Shown: positions 50,190 through 63,936, counted from the stretch's first letter. The stretch: DNA of 64,000 nucleotides from Lama guanicoe (GCA_013239625.1 MU053881.1:8889957-8953956), one strand, 5' to 3'. The notes: generated from the sequence alone by a model not told the origin. Numbers and translations: made by a program.

Positions 50190-50885
50190 AATTAAACAAG
50201 TATTTATTATTTGTTAAGTGTAAGTTCCTTTAACAGGGCTGGGGATACAGCATCAAACAAAAACGGTGCCTGGACATGATGGCAGTGCTACAGAAGGTAG
50301 ATGACTGAAAACACATGTGCACATAATTGTTTTATATTGTGCTAATGTGCATTGCAAAGGATAAACTGGATCCTGAAAGGTTCAACGTGGGAGCGTGACT
50401 TTAGAAAAAACTGTCAGGGACAGCATGTGAGCTGAGATCTGAGGGATGGCAGTAGCTGACCCTATGAAGAAGCAGCAGAACTTTGTGGCAAAGAGAAGAC
50501 CTCAAGTCAGCAGGACCTAGGACAAGCCCTTGACCTCACTCTAACTCATTTCCTTGTCTATAAAGTGGGGACAATAATAGGATTTCGTCCACTCAACTGT
50601 TGTGAGGATTAAATTAGCTAATAACGAAAATTTGTTTGAGACAAAGCCTGGCGATGTACTAGTGAAGTGGTGCAAAATAAGAGTCATGTCGAGGTAAAAG
50701 CATGTGCTAAGGCCCTGAGGTGGGTAAGAGCTGGGTACGTTTGAGAAACTGCAAGAAGGGTGTGGCTCTAGGATGGCGCATAAATGGAAAGGTAGTGGAA
50801 ACAGAAGTTCAGGGAGTGGCAGGCATGATGGGGGACATTGAGTCCCACATCAAGTTCAGTGAGAAGACAGTGGAGAGGTCCCAGT
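50190..50885 (-). mobile_element. L2 fragment split by a MIR
   Basis: 'aacaagtatttatt...gctggggatacagca...tgagctgagatctgagggatg', then after the MIR 'gcatgtgctaaggccctgaggtggg...tttgagaaactgcaagaagg'. Confidence 0.8.
50500..50688 (+). mobile_element. MIR nested in L2
   Basis: 'gacctaggacaag...tttccttgtctataaagtggggacaataata...gttgtgaggattaaattagctaat'. Confidence 0.8.
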
Positions 50886-52348
50886 GGACCTCTGAAGTTC
50901 ATTGCCCCAAAGTAAGAAAATTAGTGCCTCTAATTTACCTTTTGTATCATTCCCTTATTCAATGATTCTCTGAAGTAAATCCTCAAATGGAAGAGTTTCT
51001 TTAGGTAAGAAGTTTTAAATAAAGAACCCTGTTTCATTCATGCTCATTAAACTTTTTTCCCCCACCTAAATCCCTGCAATAATAAATATAATTATATCCA
51101 GCTCTAATGACTTTAGTTTCTTGAGCTGCAGGTGCTGGAATACTGTATTTATTAACATATTTTAAGCCCTTTAAAAAGACGGCATTAATTCCTATGATAA
51201 TTTAGTACCCATAATACAGTTTCTGTTCTGAATAGATGTTAATCACCACAGAATGACTGATTTGCTTGTGTGTGAGCTAAGCTGTGCTCTAACTAGTAGC
51301 TAGTAACTTTTTAATTCAATATTGTCACTGAAACTGTTGATTAAAATTTAGTTGCAATAATTGTCCTTGTCCCCCACCAGCCCTGCCCTCCGAGGACTCA
51401 AACCAAGCCCCAACAATAGGATATTCTGCCCCTGAAGATGGATGAGATCATTTTGAGTGTTTGTGTTGCAAGTAATACTCTGCTCAGAAAAAACAAAGTT
51501 CTGTTAATGCCAGTTATTCTGAACCACCTTGGGTTTCTTAGCTGTTGGGTTAAAACAGCAGAAAGGAGGATGGTCAGCACAGAGATGCATACGCTAACCC
51601 AGGAGCCTGCTTGGAGGAAGACAGCAGGGTGGCCCCCTTCTGTCTTGAATGGAGGGAGCCATTCAAGTTCCTGAAACTGTGGGCCAATTTCCACGTGGTG
51701 GGGTGGGGTGTGTCCTGCCAGAATCCCAGCACCCTACCAAGTTCAACTGAAATTACTATTCTTTCTTGGGAGATAAAAGGAATAATCCTACCATAAAATT
51801 GTGATCAAATGATGAAAGTGCGTATGGACAAAGGAAGTAACCACTGCATGCGTCAGGTTCTGAGATCGGTGCCTTGTCATAAGAGGTATCAGAGCAGTAT
51901 CATGTTATCCCTCATTTACCCAGAGCTCAGAGAACTTTCACTCGTTCAGAGCACCAGAGCCAGTCTGCCTCTATAATCAATCAATCAGTCCATCAGTCCA
52001 TCAATCATCCATGTGGGAAGGGCATTGAAAAGCATAATGAAATACATCACACGGTATTACGTGTCAAAAAAACTCTTACTTGAAAACATAACTTTCCTTT
52101 CTTGGTGTCTTGCAGGTTGGTGAGGGGAAGTGATATCATTCACCGCTGCAGGGACATAGATCTCTATACTGCTGTTTTCCTCTGGCAGAGTGTGTTAGGA
52201 CGGAGAGAAAGGATAAACCCAGAATAGACTGGCTTCGGTCCACCAGTGTGTGGGCAAGGGCACTGGCTCTGGAGACAGAGGCAGAGAGCGCTGACCTGCT
52301 CGGCATAAATACCATGGGAGACGTGAATTTTGGGCCAGGAGAAAAAGT

Positions 52349-52357
52349 GGGGGGGGG

Positions 52358-52424
<67 letters not shown>

Positions 52425-52430
52425 CACACA
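52349..52430. repeat. G10 + (AG)~29 + short (CA)n compound microsatellite
   Basis: Direct observation; (AG)n at 52362-52420. Confidence 0.97.
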
Positions 52431-52924
52431 TCAGGTTGCTTGACAGGCAGCTGGAACCCCAAGGAGATAGATCTTTAATGACTTCACTTCCTTGAGCTTC
52501 AGGGACTGTTTAAGAACGGGGTGGGGTGGGCATAAAATACTCCATTTAAAGTTCTTTTTATTGCTGGCATATGAAACTTCCTTTTCCCCAAAATCTGAGC
52601 ATGGGCTGCTCCGCACAGAGGTCTTGCATCCACAGGATGGATTTTGTTTGGTGGTCTGTGATTCCTTTTTTGCACACACCATGGGGAAGGGGCTGCGTTC
52701 TAAACCTGGATCAGTGTGGAGTGGAGAGAAAGGGACAGGTACAGGGCATCACAGGCCTTGAGACTCCGAGACCTCGGGCCCTTTGGGAGCAGGAGTTGGA
52801 AAATAAACGTGAGATTGAGCTCAGGGGACCTGGGGACACACAGAAGTTGTGGTTGGTTTGTGGAACTAGGGTTTGAGCTGATATCTTGGCCAAATTTAAA
52901 AAAAAAATCATTATTAATATTATT

Positions 52925-53090
52925 CCCGCAGAGTTGAGAAGTATTACCATCTACTCTTCAGACAGATAAATTAGGCCACTGAGAGCTCAGTCACTTGAAC
53001 AAACACCAGTGCCAACACTCTCACTCAGAACCAGCAAGGCTGTCAGGGCCCTCGCCCCAGTTTCCCAGTGCCAGCCTGGCTCTTAACGTA
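52925..53090 (-). mobile_element. Degenerate MIR
   Basis: 'tattaccatctactcttcagacagataaattaggc...agtcacttg...cac'. Confidence 0.5.
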
Positions 53091-54089
53091 CAAGGGAGCC
53101 CTGACGATTCAGGAGGGGCAGCCTGTGGGATGATGGGTGGCACGCCCCTTACCGGCCTCTCCTGGGATGCGCTGCCAACAGACTCAGGCCTCCCCGGCCG
53201 GGGGCCAGATGTGGGTCACGCGGTCCCGGAGAGTCAAGGTCAAGGTGATCATTCACAGCCTCCCTTCTAGCATCCCACTCTGCAGGAGCCACGCTCCCCA
53301 AGGACGGCGTGGAACCCGCCAGGGCTTTCTCACAGGAATGGGAGCATCACTGCCATGACCGGAGGATGGAAAGTTAAATAGCCGGTGAGAAGCTGAACAA
53401 GCGAGAAACAGAGAGGAAAAGCGAAACAAAACAAACAAGCAAAAAACGACACCATGGACATCGCAGTTAAGCAAACAGGCCCTCAGCTGTGAAAGGCTAA
53501 CCGTGTGTGTCTGCATCTCCGGAGTCAGTGTTTCAACCTGCCTTTCTGATTCCGCCTCCAGAACCCTTGACTCCATGGAGGAATCCGAACACGCCACTAC
53601 TGCATGAAGACACAGACATCCATGTGTCAACATAAACTTATGTATTTAGGGAGCCCCCACCCCAACCAGATTTTCAAGCACGGGCACTCAGAAATGGTAG
53701 TATTTTGGAGACGTCGTGTCTCGAGACACACCGTTTATGCATATGTAAAAGCTCCTCTATAAAATCTTTTTAGATTTAAAGCCAGTCATATTTTAGCCGC
53801 AGGATGAAATCCCTCCACAGGCGTCCCGTTGTCCCCGAGCAGAGGATGCCAGCCCGCAGCCCCCGGGCTCCTTCCGGGACCCTCACATTTAATTGTCTGG
53901 TCTACACAGTGACAGCCGGCACAAATTTTTTTTTTTTTCAAGTTGAATTAGACGTAGATATCAAGCCTAGGAGCTCTCACGTAACCCTCTGCCCCGCTGT
54001 TTGCTGCGCCAGCTCCCACTGAAATACTGCCACAGACGGCCGGCTGCTTTAGACTTCTGAGGTGGTGGGTCAGACTGGACGGAGCGGAA

Positions 54090-54525
54090 AGCCATTCACC
54101 GGCAGGGCTCTGCCCACCTCTCTAGTCTGGTCTTGTGCCTCCCTCGTGCCCTGCGGACCAGCCTTACTGGACTCAGGACCTCAAGTTCCCTGATCTGCCA
54201 ACTGGTGGCTGTTTTCTGGGCCCAGAAGGTGGAACCATCCGGGCTACTTCTCTGGATCAACAGCCTCTGTGAAGCCCTTCCTGACCTTCTCCTGACCTTG
54301 AGGCCCGGCTGCCCTCTCACCCACACCCCCCGCTACTTGTGGCCATGCAAGGCTCTCCCTGCTCTGCACCAGAGACTACGCTTTCTGCATCCTCGTTGGC
54401 AGGCCTGCCCCATGAGCTAGGAGCTCCCTCCAGCTGGGGACCACATCTCATTTGCTTTTCCCCCCAGTGCCTGTTGGAGTGCCAGCACACAGGCGGGGCC
54501 CAGAAGAAGCCTTTTGAAGTGAAAA
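54090..54525 (+). mobile_element. L2 3' fragment
   Basis: 'ctctgtgaagcccttcctgacc...aggagctccctccagctggggacca...cccccagtgcctg...gccagcacacaggcgggg'. Confidence 0.7.
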
Positions 54526-55254
54526 GAGCCCCTATGGGTCAGGACGGTGGTCACAGAGAGGTCACCAAGGCAGTAGATGACAGGGCAGCCAGGAATTCCT
54601 CCAGCCTTCGGGGAAAGCACACTGGGGTGAGCCTCACCGGGGTCCCCCTCAGCTGGGGGAAGTCACCAGGGAGTGCCATCCAGGGGCTGCTGTCCAGGCC
54701 GTCCACCCTGCGGGGTCCCACCCTTCAGATCTGGAGGCGGTTCTGGGGAGTGGGTGGGGGTTAAGAACAGACCATCCATCCTGCCACGGCCCTCCAACCC
54801 ACCCCCATCAAAGGAAACAGGGCTCTCTCCTTTGCACCCCTATTCCAGAATGCAACCTACAGGAGGGTTAAAAAAATGACTCAACTCAAGAAAGTACCCG
54901 TTGCTACTTAGGAAATGGTTAAAACGATCTTTTCTCCCCAAAGGTTAAAAAAGCAACTTGCTCTTCAGGTCAGTAACTGTCATAACGATTTTTCTCTTGC
55001 CATATGCTCCTCTGAATTGCATTAATATGACATCTCTGTCTGAAGCATCTGGTCTCAGCCACTTCAAGGCGTACAAGGAAGCCACCCGTTCTGGCTGAGT
55101 ATGTAATAACGTGGAGAGGTATTCACAATGAATCTGCCATCACAAAACCAGATCTTGCGCTTACATAATTCTATTCTGGTTCTGTTTCATACAGCAGCCC
55201 AGGAATGGTGCAAGAGATAATGGAGTGGAATAGAGGCGGTGTGGGGGGGTATGC

Positions 55255-55327
55255 TGGTATGTTGTATGCATATGTATGTATGCATGTGTATATAAATACA
55301 TGCATGTGTACACATATATGCACATGT
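55255..55327. repeat. (TATG/CA)-type low-complexity RY repeat
   Basis: 'tgtatgcatatgtatgtatgcatgtgtatataaatacatgcatgtgtacacatatatgcacatg'. Confidence 0.8.
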
Positions 55328-56134
55328 TTTAAGAACTGGTAATCACCTTCATTGCTTAAATGTCAATTCTCATTTTCTACTGAAAGGAGTTTGAACATTT
55401 AAAGTCTCAGATGAAAACTGAGCCCCACCAATCTGCAAAATATGGACAGGGAGGTAGGACGTATCTATATTTCAGCACTTTGAAATACAAAAAGGGAAAT
55501 TTTCCATCACAAGCCAAAGGCAAAGTAGCACTATCAACCACCAGCCACATTTTTCCGACTAAGAAAAGAAAAAAAAAAAAAACGTACTGGGAAGCAATGC
55601 AGTACAAAGGATCTCCTCTCTCTCACTGGGTAATAATTTTGATCAAGCAGATACATTTCCTTCAATTTTTCCAAATATCTCAACCCACTTTCTTAAATAG
55701 TTCATTAAAAAAAAAATCCAAGTGGGTTGAATAAAAAGTTTGCTGTGTAACAAATGATTCCAACATCCATTCTTTCCTTGTCCTGCAGATCCTTGTGCTC
55801 ATTTTGTCAGAAGCACAAAAAGTAGAAATGTGATTGCATTTGTGCTGATGCTAAACGTTAATAGATTTGCCTTAAACGCCCGCTAATAGCCCCGCTAAAA
55901 TTAGCTAGCCTAGTAGTGCATGCCTAATGTGGTGGTGTTTTTGTTGTTTTACTTGCTTTTTTTTGCTTCTCCTTCTTTGTTCAGAGGGGAAAAAAGACCC
56001 CTAGAAAAACAGTCTGGGTCTCTGGATGTGAAACATTTCCAGTGTCACATGTGAATTCTGCAGAAAGAACATATATTTCGAAAGTATCCCACAGTTCTGA
56101 CGTTCTGTCATGAAGGTGACAAATCCTAGCGCTC

Positions 56135-56191
56135 TAATGTTTCATTAAATTAAACATGAAATGTTTAATGTTTTGTTAAATTAAACATGAA
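56135..56191. repeat. Local tandem duplication (2 x 26 bp, period 31)
   Basis: taatgtttcattaaattaaacatgaa (56135-56160) vs taatgttttgttaaattaaacatgaa (56166-56191), 24/26 identical. Confidence 0.85.
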
Positions 56192-58749
56192 GCCATGACT
56201 TTGCACCCAAGATCCACAGCCTTCTATCATCCCTCGGATTCCTCCAGGTCACTTCTTAGGTTATAAAAAACTGAGTTTTGTTTATTACAAGTATTGTATT
56301 TCTCTCTGCAGTTAAAATGTGCTTTCTTCTAATGCACTTATAAATAAAAACCAAGAAGCAATCCAGTTTTTGGGGGCTTAAAACATTTCTAAATTCAGGC
56401 CCACAGAGAACACGTTGCAGATCCTTAGTTAATTCTCTTTTACAATTTATTCCCCCTTTAAATGTTTGCCGCTGTGACCAAGAAGCTATCAGAAGGCAGA
56501 GCTGTTGCATTTTCATCAGATCTCAAGTCCATTTTACAGATGGGTACGTGATTGCCCAAAGAAGAGAAGGCTTGCTAGAAAACTGTTGAAACAGCTCTTT
56601 CAGACTAAAGAAATCTCAGATTAAAGAAAGATGAATAAACCAACCCCCCATCCCCGCCCATGTCCTGTTCTATGATGACAGAAATTAACAAGGAAAACAA
56701 GATGAAACAACAACTCGGATTGGGGAATGTATTTGCGTAAGCAGAGAAGGAGTCTGAATAAAAGTGTTGATGGAACTCTTTAAAGCAGCAGGTAAACAAA
56801 GCGTGGGCCCTGCTGGGGGAGGATGGAAGGAAGCCTTGTTCCTTTTCTACCAGTTCAATCAGACGATTAAAAGCAACTTCTCCAGTTCTCAGTAATCCAT
56901 CCGTAGCATTACATACGGCAAACAAAATGTCCAAATGCTACTTTACAATAACACATTTGACTATTACTTTGAAAATGAAGGGAAAAAAACATCCACCAAC
57001 TATGTAGCAACTTTAAAGGGAAAAAAATACACATGTCCCATGATGAACGTGTCTGAGTATTTCTACGTTTTTCTAGTCAATGTAAGTGGGTTATAGCTTA
57101 ACCCACTTGAACAAGGCCCCATAATTGTCAAACCAGCAAAAGTAGAAAGAACCATCTCTTCAAGGGCAAGTTGCACAGACCCTTCTGGTCCAACCAAACT
57201 TGACATCGATGCTTGCTCTTTGTCGACACACCAGCTCCTATCATTGGCCAAAAACTGTTAAGATACCCTGGATATGATAACACATCTTTACTTAGATCTC
57301 CTGCTCAAGAACCTTTCTCCCAGCCACTTTCCCAACAGGTAGGAACATATTTGACACTTACCATTCTGAAGCTTCATGTCTGTGAGGCAAACTAAATAAA
57401 TTAAACGGATCCTGCTTTAATCTTCTTTTCTAGACCACAAATGCCTTAATCAAAAGGAAAAACAAAACAAAAAAAGACAAATGTTCCCTGAGGTCCTTGT
57501 CTAAACCACAGGAGAATAAATAAAGAATAGCTGTCTTTTTTACTAAATGCCCAGAGCCTGTCCCTTAAAGTTAACAGAGAATTATTTCTAACATCCCTCT
57601 GCTCCACCCCCCAAGCCCCCATTTCTCCCTTCACTTCTATAATTTATGGCCAAGACAAGGCTTAAGTTACACTTTAAATCCAAATCTGGAAGATGCTTCA
57701 ATTGGCTATTTGGTTTGGCAGACCTCCTGTAAAAATCCCATGAAAAAGACACACTTGTTTCCTTCCTGCAAATGAACTGTGGCGTTTGTGGTCCCTTTTG
57801 CTCTCTCTCTAGTGCACACTTCGCCTTTAAATGAGCTTAAGCTGCAGGACTTCATTTGGGGTTAGCTGTCCCGCAAAGCTCATTTGGCTCTTACCATTAA
57901 GGCGAGAAGCTCTAAAAGGCTACCAAGATGCTTTTAACTATGTTTGAGGGGCCAGTCATATCTTGTTAGCAACAGCTGCACACTTACCACGCTTTCAGGG
58001 ACTTGACAGAGCTGTCCTATTCCTTCTGGGATTAGGAACACAGAATGAAGTTAACCAGTCGTGAGCTGGAGCCATCCAGGCCGCACCAGATTCTCATCCT
58101 CCAAAAACCAAGTGAGGCCGCTTCCTCCCCAGTTACTCCTCTGTCGGCTTCTCCCGGCATATACAAGCCCGCCAAGACCCTGGCTGCAGTTTCAAAACTA
58201 CTCGTCAATAAAAGGATTTTAAAGGCTGTGCCGGGGAGCCGGGAGCTTCAGATCCCAGTTTGGCTCTTTCTCCATCAGCATTCCTCAGCAAGCCTGCACA
58301 GAGCGAGGCATGCTACATTATTTATGTCAGCTCTAGGCTCTGGAAAACGCACACTGGCATCCTGATTGCTAAGAATCCTCATGGATACAATTAAACCGTT
58401 CCCACATATATTTTTCACCCCGCCCCCGCTTCCCAGATTCAGCCTCTTTCAGAGGAAACAAAAGCACTTTGAGGCGTGTCCCAACTCATCTGCTAGAAGC
58501 CAAGAGAGCACTGAAAAGTGGCCATGATGGCAGAGGAGCGGAGGGGAAGGGGACACTTTTCCTGGAGCGGGCAGAAGGCACTCCAGGGAGGGAAGTTCAG
58601 AGAACAGTTTGGGGAACACCCTAAAAGTGGCTTCCAGGGGGTTGGGGATACGGAAGCAGCCAAGCGGAGGCACTGCAAAAAACCATTTTGATGGGTTCAT
58701 GGAAGACGGATTGAGAACGGGCTGTTTGGGGAAGGAAGGAGCATTTGGC

Positions 58750-58990
58750 AACACGACCAACCTCCCGAGCTGATGTCGTGCCATCACACTCACCCAACCA
58801 ACGCTCCCCGGTGCCCCATTCGAGTCACAGCACGAGACGGGAAGACCACGGACTGAGCCAGGTACAGCCCCGACGCTGGCTGGCCCCGAGCCTCCTCTTT
58901 TCGCAAAACCAACAACTCCGCACGTGGCGGTCTGCCGCCTCCCTTCTCGCCCGCGGCTCGACAGCACATTCTGAGCCGGGCCTCTGAGCC
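58750..58990. promoter_or_regulatory. Small CpG-dense island (candidate enhancer or alternative promoter)
   Basis: About 22 CpGs counted by eye in ~235 bp; GC-rich; E-box CACGTG at 58921-58926. Confidence 0.45.
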
Positions 58991-60029
58991 CCAAGCAGAA
59001 GGAACTGCTCGCTGGCACAGGGAAGGAAGGATGGGGCAAGGACTTCCTTCTCCGTAGGAGGGGCAAGAGGGCTACGAATCTCCCCCGGTGTCAAGCTAGA
59101 AAGTCCCTGCTCGGCAGGCAGAGGTGACTTCCCTTTGTGAAAGCCCCAGGCACCGCTTAGAGAAACCACCCTTGGCAGGACCTCGCAGTTAAGTCAGTTT
59201 ATGTAGGCAAGACGTCGGCCTGGGGAGAGGCAACTGTCTCGTCCAAGAACACAAGGAGAAAAGAGCAACCCTGCTTCTCTCCAAAGGCTTCCTTTGAACG
59301 TGTACTCCTGTGTGATGCCAGTGGTTGGTTTTTTTTAAGGGACTGTCACTACCAATGATTTAGTCCATCCCCACTCAGATATCTTGGGTAGAAAACTGAT
59401 GTCTGAGATGGAAACAATGGTAGAGAGCACAGCGTGGGTCACTGGAGCAGAGCCTGGAGGGGGCACACCCACTCTTGGATGCATCCAGTAGCAGAGCGAC
59501 GGGAAATTTGCTCCAGTGCATAAAGTAGCACTTTCTCAACTATAAAGAGATGGAAGGCAGCGTAACATAACACACAGCCACGTACATGCATGTATTCACA
59601 TGCCGCAAAAGGATACAAGCCAGGCTCCCAAATATCTGATGAACGGAAAACAGTTACAAGTTGCCCCATGGGATGGTTCCAAGTTGGAGTACTGGCTCCT
59701 AGACCCCGAATGTTGGGTCGTCCAATCCACTGACCCTTAAGGGGGCCTTGGCCGCATGCACCATTGTGCTCCCAGCCAGAGTGATTTCTCACAACCCCTC
59801 CACTAAGGAATCCTACCCATATTGTGATTTTTCTTGGAAAGGACTTAGAAGCAACTAACAAGAGTGATGAGAAGAGAGATGATTCTCTGGAAGAAAGGTT
59901 ATTCACTATTATTGTTTGTTCCTCCAGGAACTAAGCAATAATCAACTTAGAGGTTTGACCTCAGGCTAAAAATCTTGACAGGGGTCCCCTGGAGACCCCT
60001 TTGTCGCCCTCCAGAGCTGCAGTGTGGGA

Positions 60030-60228
60030 GAGGCCTGAGGGGCTACCAGTCATTTGCTAACCTGTGGCCTTGGACAAGTCGTCCAACCTCCCCAGGCCTC
60101 CGTTTTCTCATCTGGAAACTGCAGTTAATGAGACCCACTTCTAGGATTCTGAGGGTTCATTCAGAAAGGTCAAGGGCTCAACCCAGTGCCCAGCACCTTG
60201 CAAGCTCACAATCAACCTTGGCTACCAG
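60030..60228 (+). mobile_element. MIR SINE
   Basis: 'tgtggccttggacaagtc...aacctccccaggcctccgttttctcatctggaaa...cagtgcccagcac'. Confidence 0.8.
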
Positions 60229-63200
60229 GAACTTTCGAAATGTTAGCGGTTCAGTGGCACCAAAGTGACCGTGACTGGTTCACAGATGCCCGAGCCCCGT
60301 CTCTAAACGCTCCCCGAACAATCGGATCATTACTGACAATCTGTGTGTGAAGTGCTGTAGTTATTTAGCACCAGTGTTTCCCTCGATAAACTTGCTCAGA
60401 CGAGGTGCCCCATGACAGAGATGTCAATGAAAACCAAAGGAAGTATAAAAACTGAGAGTATTAAGAAGAGGATTGCGAAACATTTATTTTTTCAAAAAGG
60501 GAATGCCAACCTTTAAAAACATCAACTGAATACCCTTATGTTAATGAAACGGTAAACTATTTTGGAATTCTGATACCCAACATAGGGCTGCTCTGCCTGA
60601 TGACAGAAGAAAAAGTGGCCCAAAGTCCTGTCTTCTAGAACCCTCCATCCACTTATCAACACCCTCTGCTTCCCCAAGCTACAAGGAACAGAGGTTGAGA
60701 GCCTTTAATCTAATACAAAGCTAGCATTTCATGAAAAAAGACAAGGAGGGCCGGAGAGATTAAGGGACTCACTCAATTTCATGTCACCCAGCGCAGCTCA
60801 GCTGGAACCCGCAGGTCTGACATCCTGGCAAAAGCTCCTTCCATCCCCCGCAACAAGGCCAAAGGTAGAACCAGTGCAACTCACAGCCAGGTTTTTACTT
60901 CACTGCCCAATAAACCGGCTTTGGCTCGGTCCACTCTTTCTGCTTTAATTAAGCTCATGACGAGCTTCATTTTCTTTTTTTTTCAGAAAGTGATTCCTTT
61001 ACATTTTGATTTTAAGTTTCTCCACAAATGAGGTTTCACAGTTTTGGTGAGGCCATTAAGGGATTTCGACCGAGGTTCTTAAATCTTTCGAACGAGAAAA
61101 GCAATACTTCAAACTCTTCGTATTTTCGAATGGCTGCCTTTTCACTGGATGATGGCATGCGTGTTCATTACTATCTTCAAAAAATACAGATATTTGTCCA
61201 TACATCTCTCCCCTAATGATCTAGTTACTAGAAAATCGTATCCTCTTCTGTCTGTACAAACACAGGAGGTCCTTAAGATGCAGTTATTTGCAGGATTAAA
61301 CACACTTCTTGCTTACATAACAAGGACTACCAAAACGATCAGTCTTCACAAGAAGCCGGTTCTACAACACTTACCACTAAGAAAATACCCCCACGTGCTG
61401 TGACTACATCCCTGTGAACAGCTGGATTTGCACAGACACGGTTAAGGTCCTTTTTTCCCCCCTCAATTCAAGTTTCAAGTAACTCCATCTTCTGCTTCTC
61501 GTCAAAGCACCTGAACAAAAATGCAGAATGTTGCATCATTCACTGAAGCTGTTTCTCCAGTCGGAACATGAATTATGAGTCCTTCTGAAACACATCAGCT
61601 AAATCAAGTTGTAACAGGGCCCTGCCTTATTCACCGCACAGATCACAGCTAATCGCTCTCTAACACCGGTCATGATTTTGCTTCATTAAGTTAACATTTC
61701 TCTTACTTTTCCCTCCACGGTACGTACTAAATTAGGCAGCATAAAATGCAACATTGTTTTCTCTTACCAAGTGTACTTCATCCCTGGGTAAATTAGTTTG
61801 CAGGGCCACTTTGTACTTTTACTGCGTGTGTTTTGTACTTTGACAATGCTAGTCTTAAAACAGACTTTCCTTTGTGAATAAGGTGGAGGCACTCTTGGTG
61901 GTCTTTAAATGCTAGTCCCCCACCCCCACCCCCAACGTGGAATCTCAAACTCAATTCCTAATGACGAACATCCCTAAATACATTCTGCGCAGACTACCTA
62001 AGAGGCATAGGTGTGTCCTGTTGGCAGCAGAATTGAGAAACCGTCCTTGCTTCCAGAACAACACAAGGAATGACCTGGTGCGCCTGCCTCCTGTTCTATC
62101 AGGCAGATCAGTGGTCTAAGGTGGCCCTTTGTAAACAAGGGGCTTTAAGACGTCCAAGTGGCAGAGAATATTCAAAAACTGTATAATCCTCCTCTGAATA
62201 ACTTTCTTAAATGAAGCAAAAGAGAAACAGTCATCATATTCCCTCAAGTTAAGCTCTTTGAAGAAGAGGACTCTTGTCCTCTTCTTGTCCTTTTCTTGTC
62301 CGCAGAAGCTAAATCAGAAACTTGGTTGACTCCAGGAACGTTCCAAGTGATGGCTGGGGGAGAAGGTAGCGTGGCTTCCAGGAGAGAGCTCAGAAGAGAG
62401 AACAGGGGTGGGGTAGAATGCAGCCCCACGTTCCCTCCGAAGTCGTGCCCTCTTCCTGCTCCAGGACGACAGACCCTGCAAAACCCTTCCTGGGGTCCTT
62501 CATGGTCATGTGGCTCTGCTGTCCGTTTTTAAACTGAGTCACCAGTGAAGGTAAGGTTTTCCTAGTGTTTCAGCCACCGTCCTCCCACCCAACTCTCCTT
62601 CTGAGCTATTCGACATCAAAAGGCAGAATCAAGATCAATTACGTATCCTAATGTGGATTGAAAGTATTTTAATGGGACTTACATGGTCATTTAGTCCAAA
62701 TCCCTCGGAATATCCGCGAGGAAAAAGCAGATCAAGGAAGATAAGAGATTTTCCTAATGTCCTCAGGGCTCACGTGAGCGCTGGGAAGAGAACCCTGCAC
62801 ACCAATTCCTCTCGTTTATATGGATTTATGTATTTTATTGTTTTACTTTCCTCTCACACCAACAGTCTTTCCACTTCCCCACCCTTTGCCATAATCTGAA
62901 AAAAAGATCACTGTCAAAGTTTTCTTATGCTGTGATTTCCTGTTGCCAGAGAGGAAGTTTAAAACTGGGCACTAGTCTAAGGAAAGCTTTGTAGGATGTC
63001 CAAATCCCCATTGTGGATGGGACCATGGTTATAGGAGCGGCCATTCCCCCCAAAGGGCTCACAGCTGGAGAGGAGCCTTTCACGCCAAGTGGTGAAGGAA
63101 GGCCAATCTCTTACTCAGGCAGATTTGGATTGGAGTCTCTGAGCGGCCCATGCCCTAACTTTAGCTTCTGTACAAATACACCAGGGAGGTGATGGTGCCT

Positions 63201-63936
63201 AGTGCATCTAGCCCCTACGAAGGTCAGACTTCATGTGCCTTGCCTGGCGTATTCCAAAGACGCACATAGCGAGGCAGTGTCATCACCATCTTTCCATCAC
63301 GGATGTAGGTACATCCTAGGAAAGTTGCACATTCTCGTTTAGTGCTGAAACATCCAGGGCAGGGCTCCCTCATCTGAATGATTCCGTCTCAGAAGGGCGT
63401 GCCTCCTGAGCGTCGGGCAATATCCTGTCTTACACCCTCCCATTGGGAAGGGGGTTGATGGGACGGGTTGGGTTGAGGCACCATGAACATGCAACTTTCT
63501 GCTTAAACCCGCAAGGAAAGCAGGACTGCAGACAATGGGGAGCTGTGACTCAAATCGCACTGAGCCACAGGGTGTCGGTGTGGTCTGTGTCTCTGCCTGG
63601 GACGCAAGCTCACAGACTCACGCTCGTCACCACTGGCCAGGGAAGGGCAGGGTTGACCTCCACCACCTTATTCATTAAACAGGTGGGAATCGTCCGTGAT
63701 CAGCGCGTCTCAGATGTTAGTCATTGTCCCACCACCTTCTGAAGCTTTGCTCTACGTAGTCCTTCCCTGCAGCTCCTACAGCTCGCGTTCAGTCCATTCC
63801 TTCGGCTCCTTCATTTATGTGGTGTTTTCCTTCAGACTGACTTATTTCTAACTGAAGCCTCATCCTAGCTAATAAAATCCATGAAATCTGAGCTTAGAAG
63901 TGCTGGCTGTATGTAACCACACACATATATACTTGC

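Noticed and set aside
52136..52478. ORFs with SLSLSL/ERERER runs
   Set aside because: Artefacts of the (AG)n microsatellite.
52090..55800. Good-looking plus-strand splice acceptors (ttgcag near 52114, ctgcag near 55788)
   Set aside because: No paired donor with an open, recognisable reading frame; such motifs are common by chance.
58449..59066. Longest ORF (205 aa, minus strand)
   Set aside because: No recognisable domain; low-complexity P/S/G/R composition expected from GC-rich DNA; no supporting exon structure.
59439..59906. 155-aa minus-strand ORF
   Set aside because: No homology recognised; length compatible with chance.
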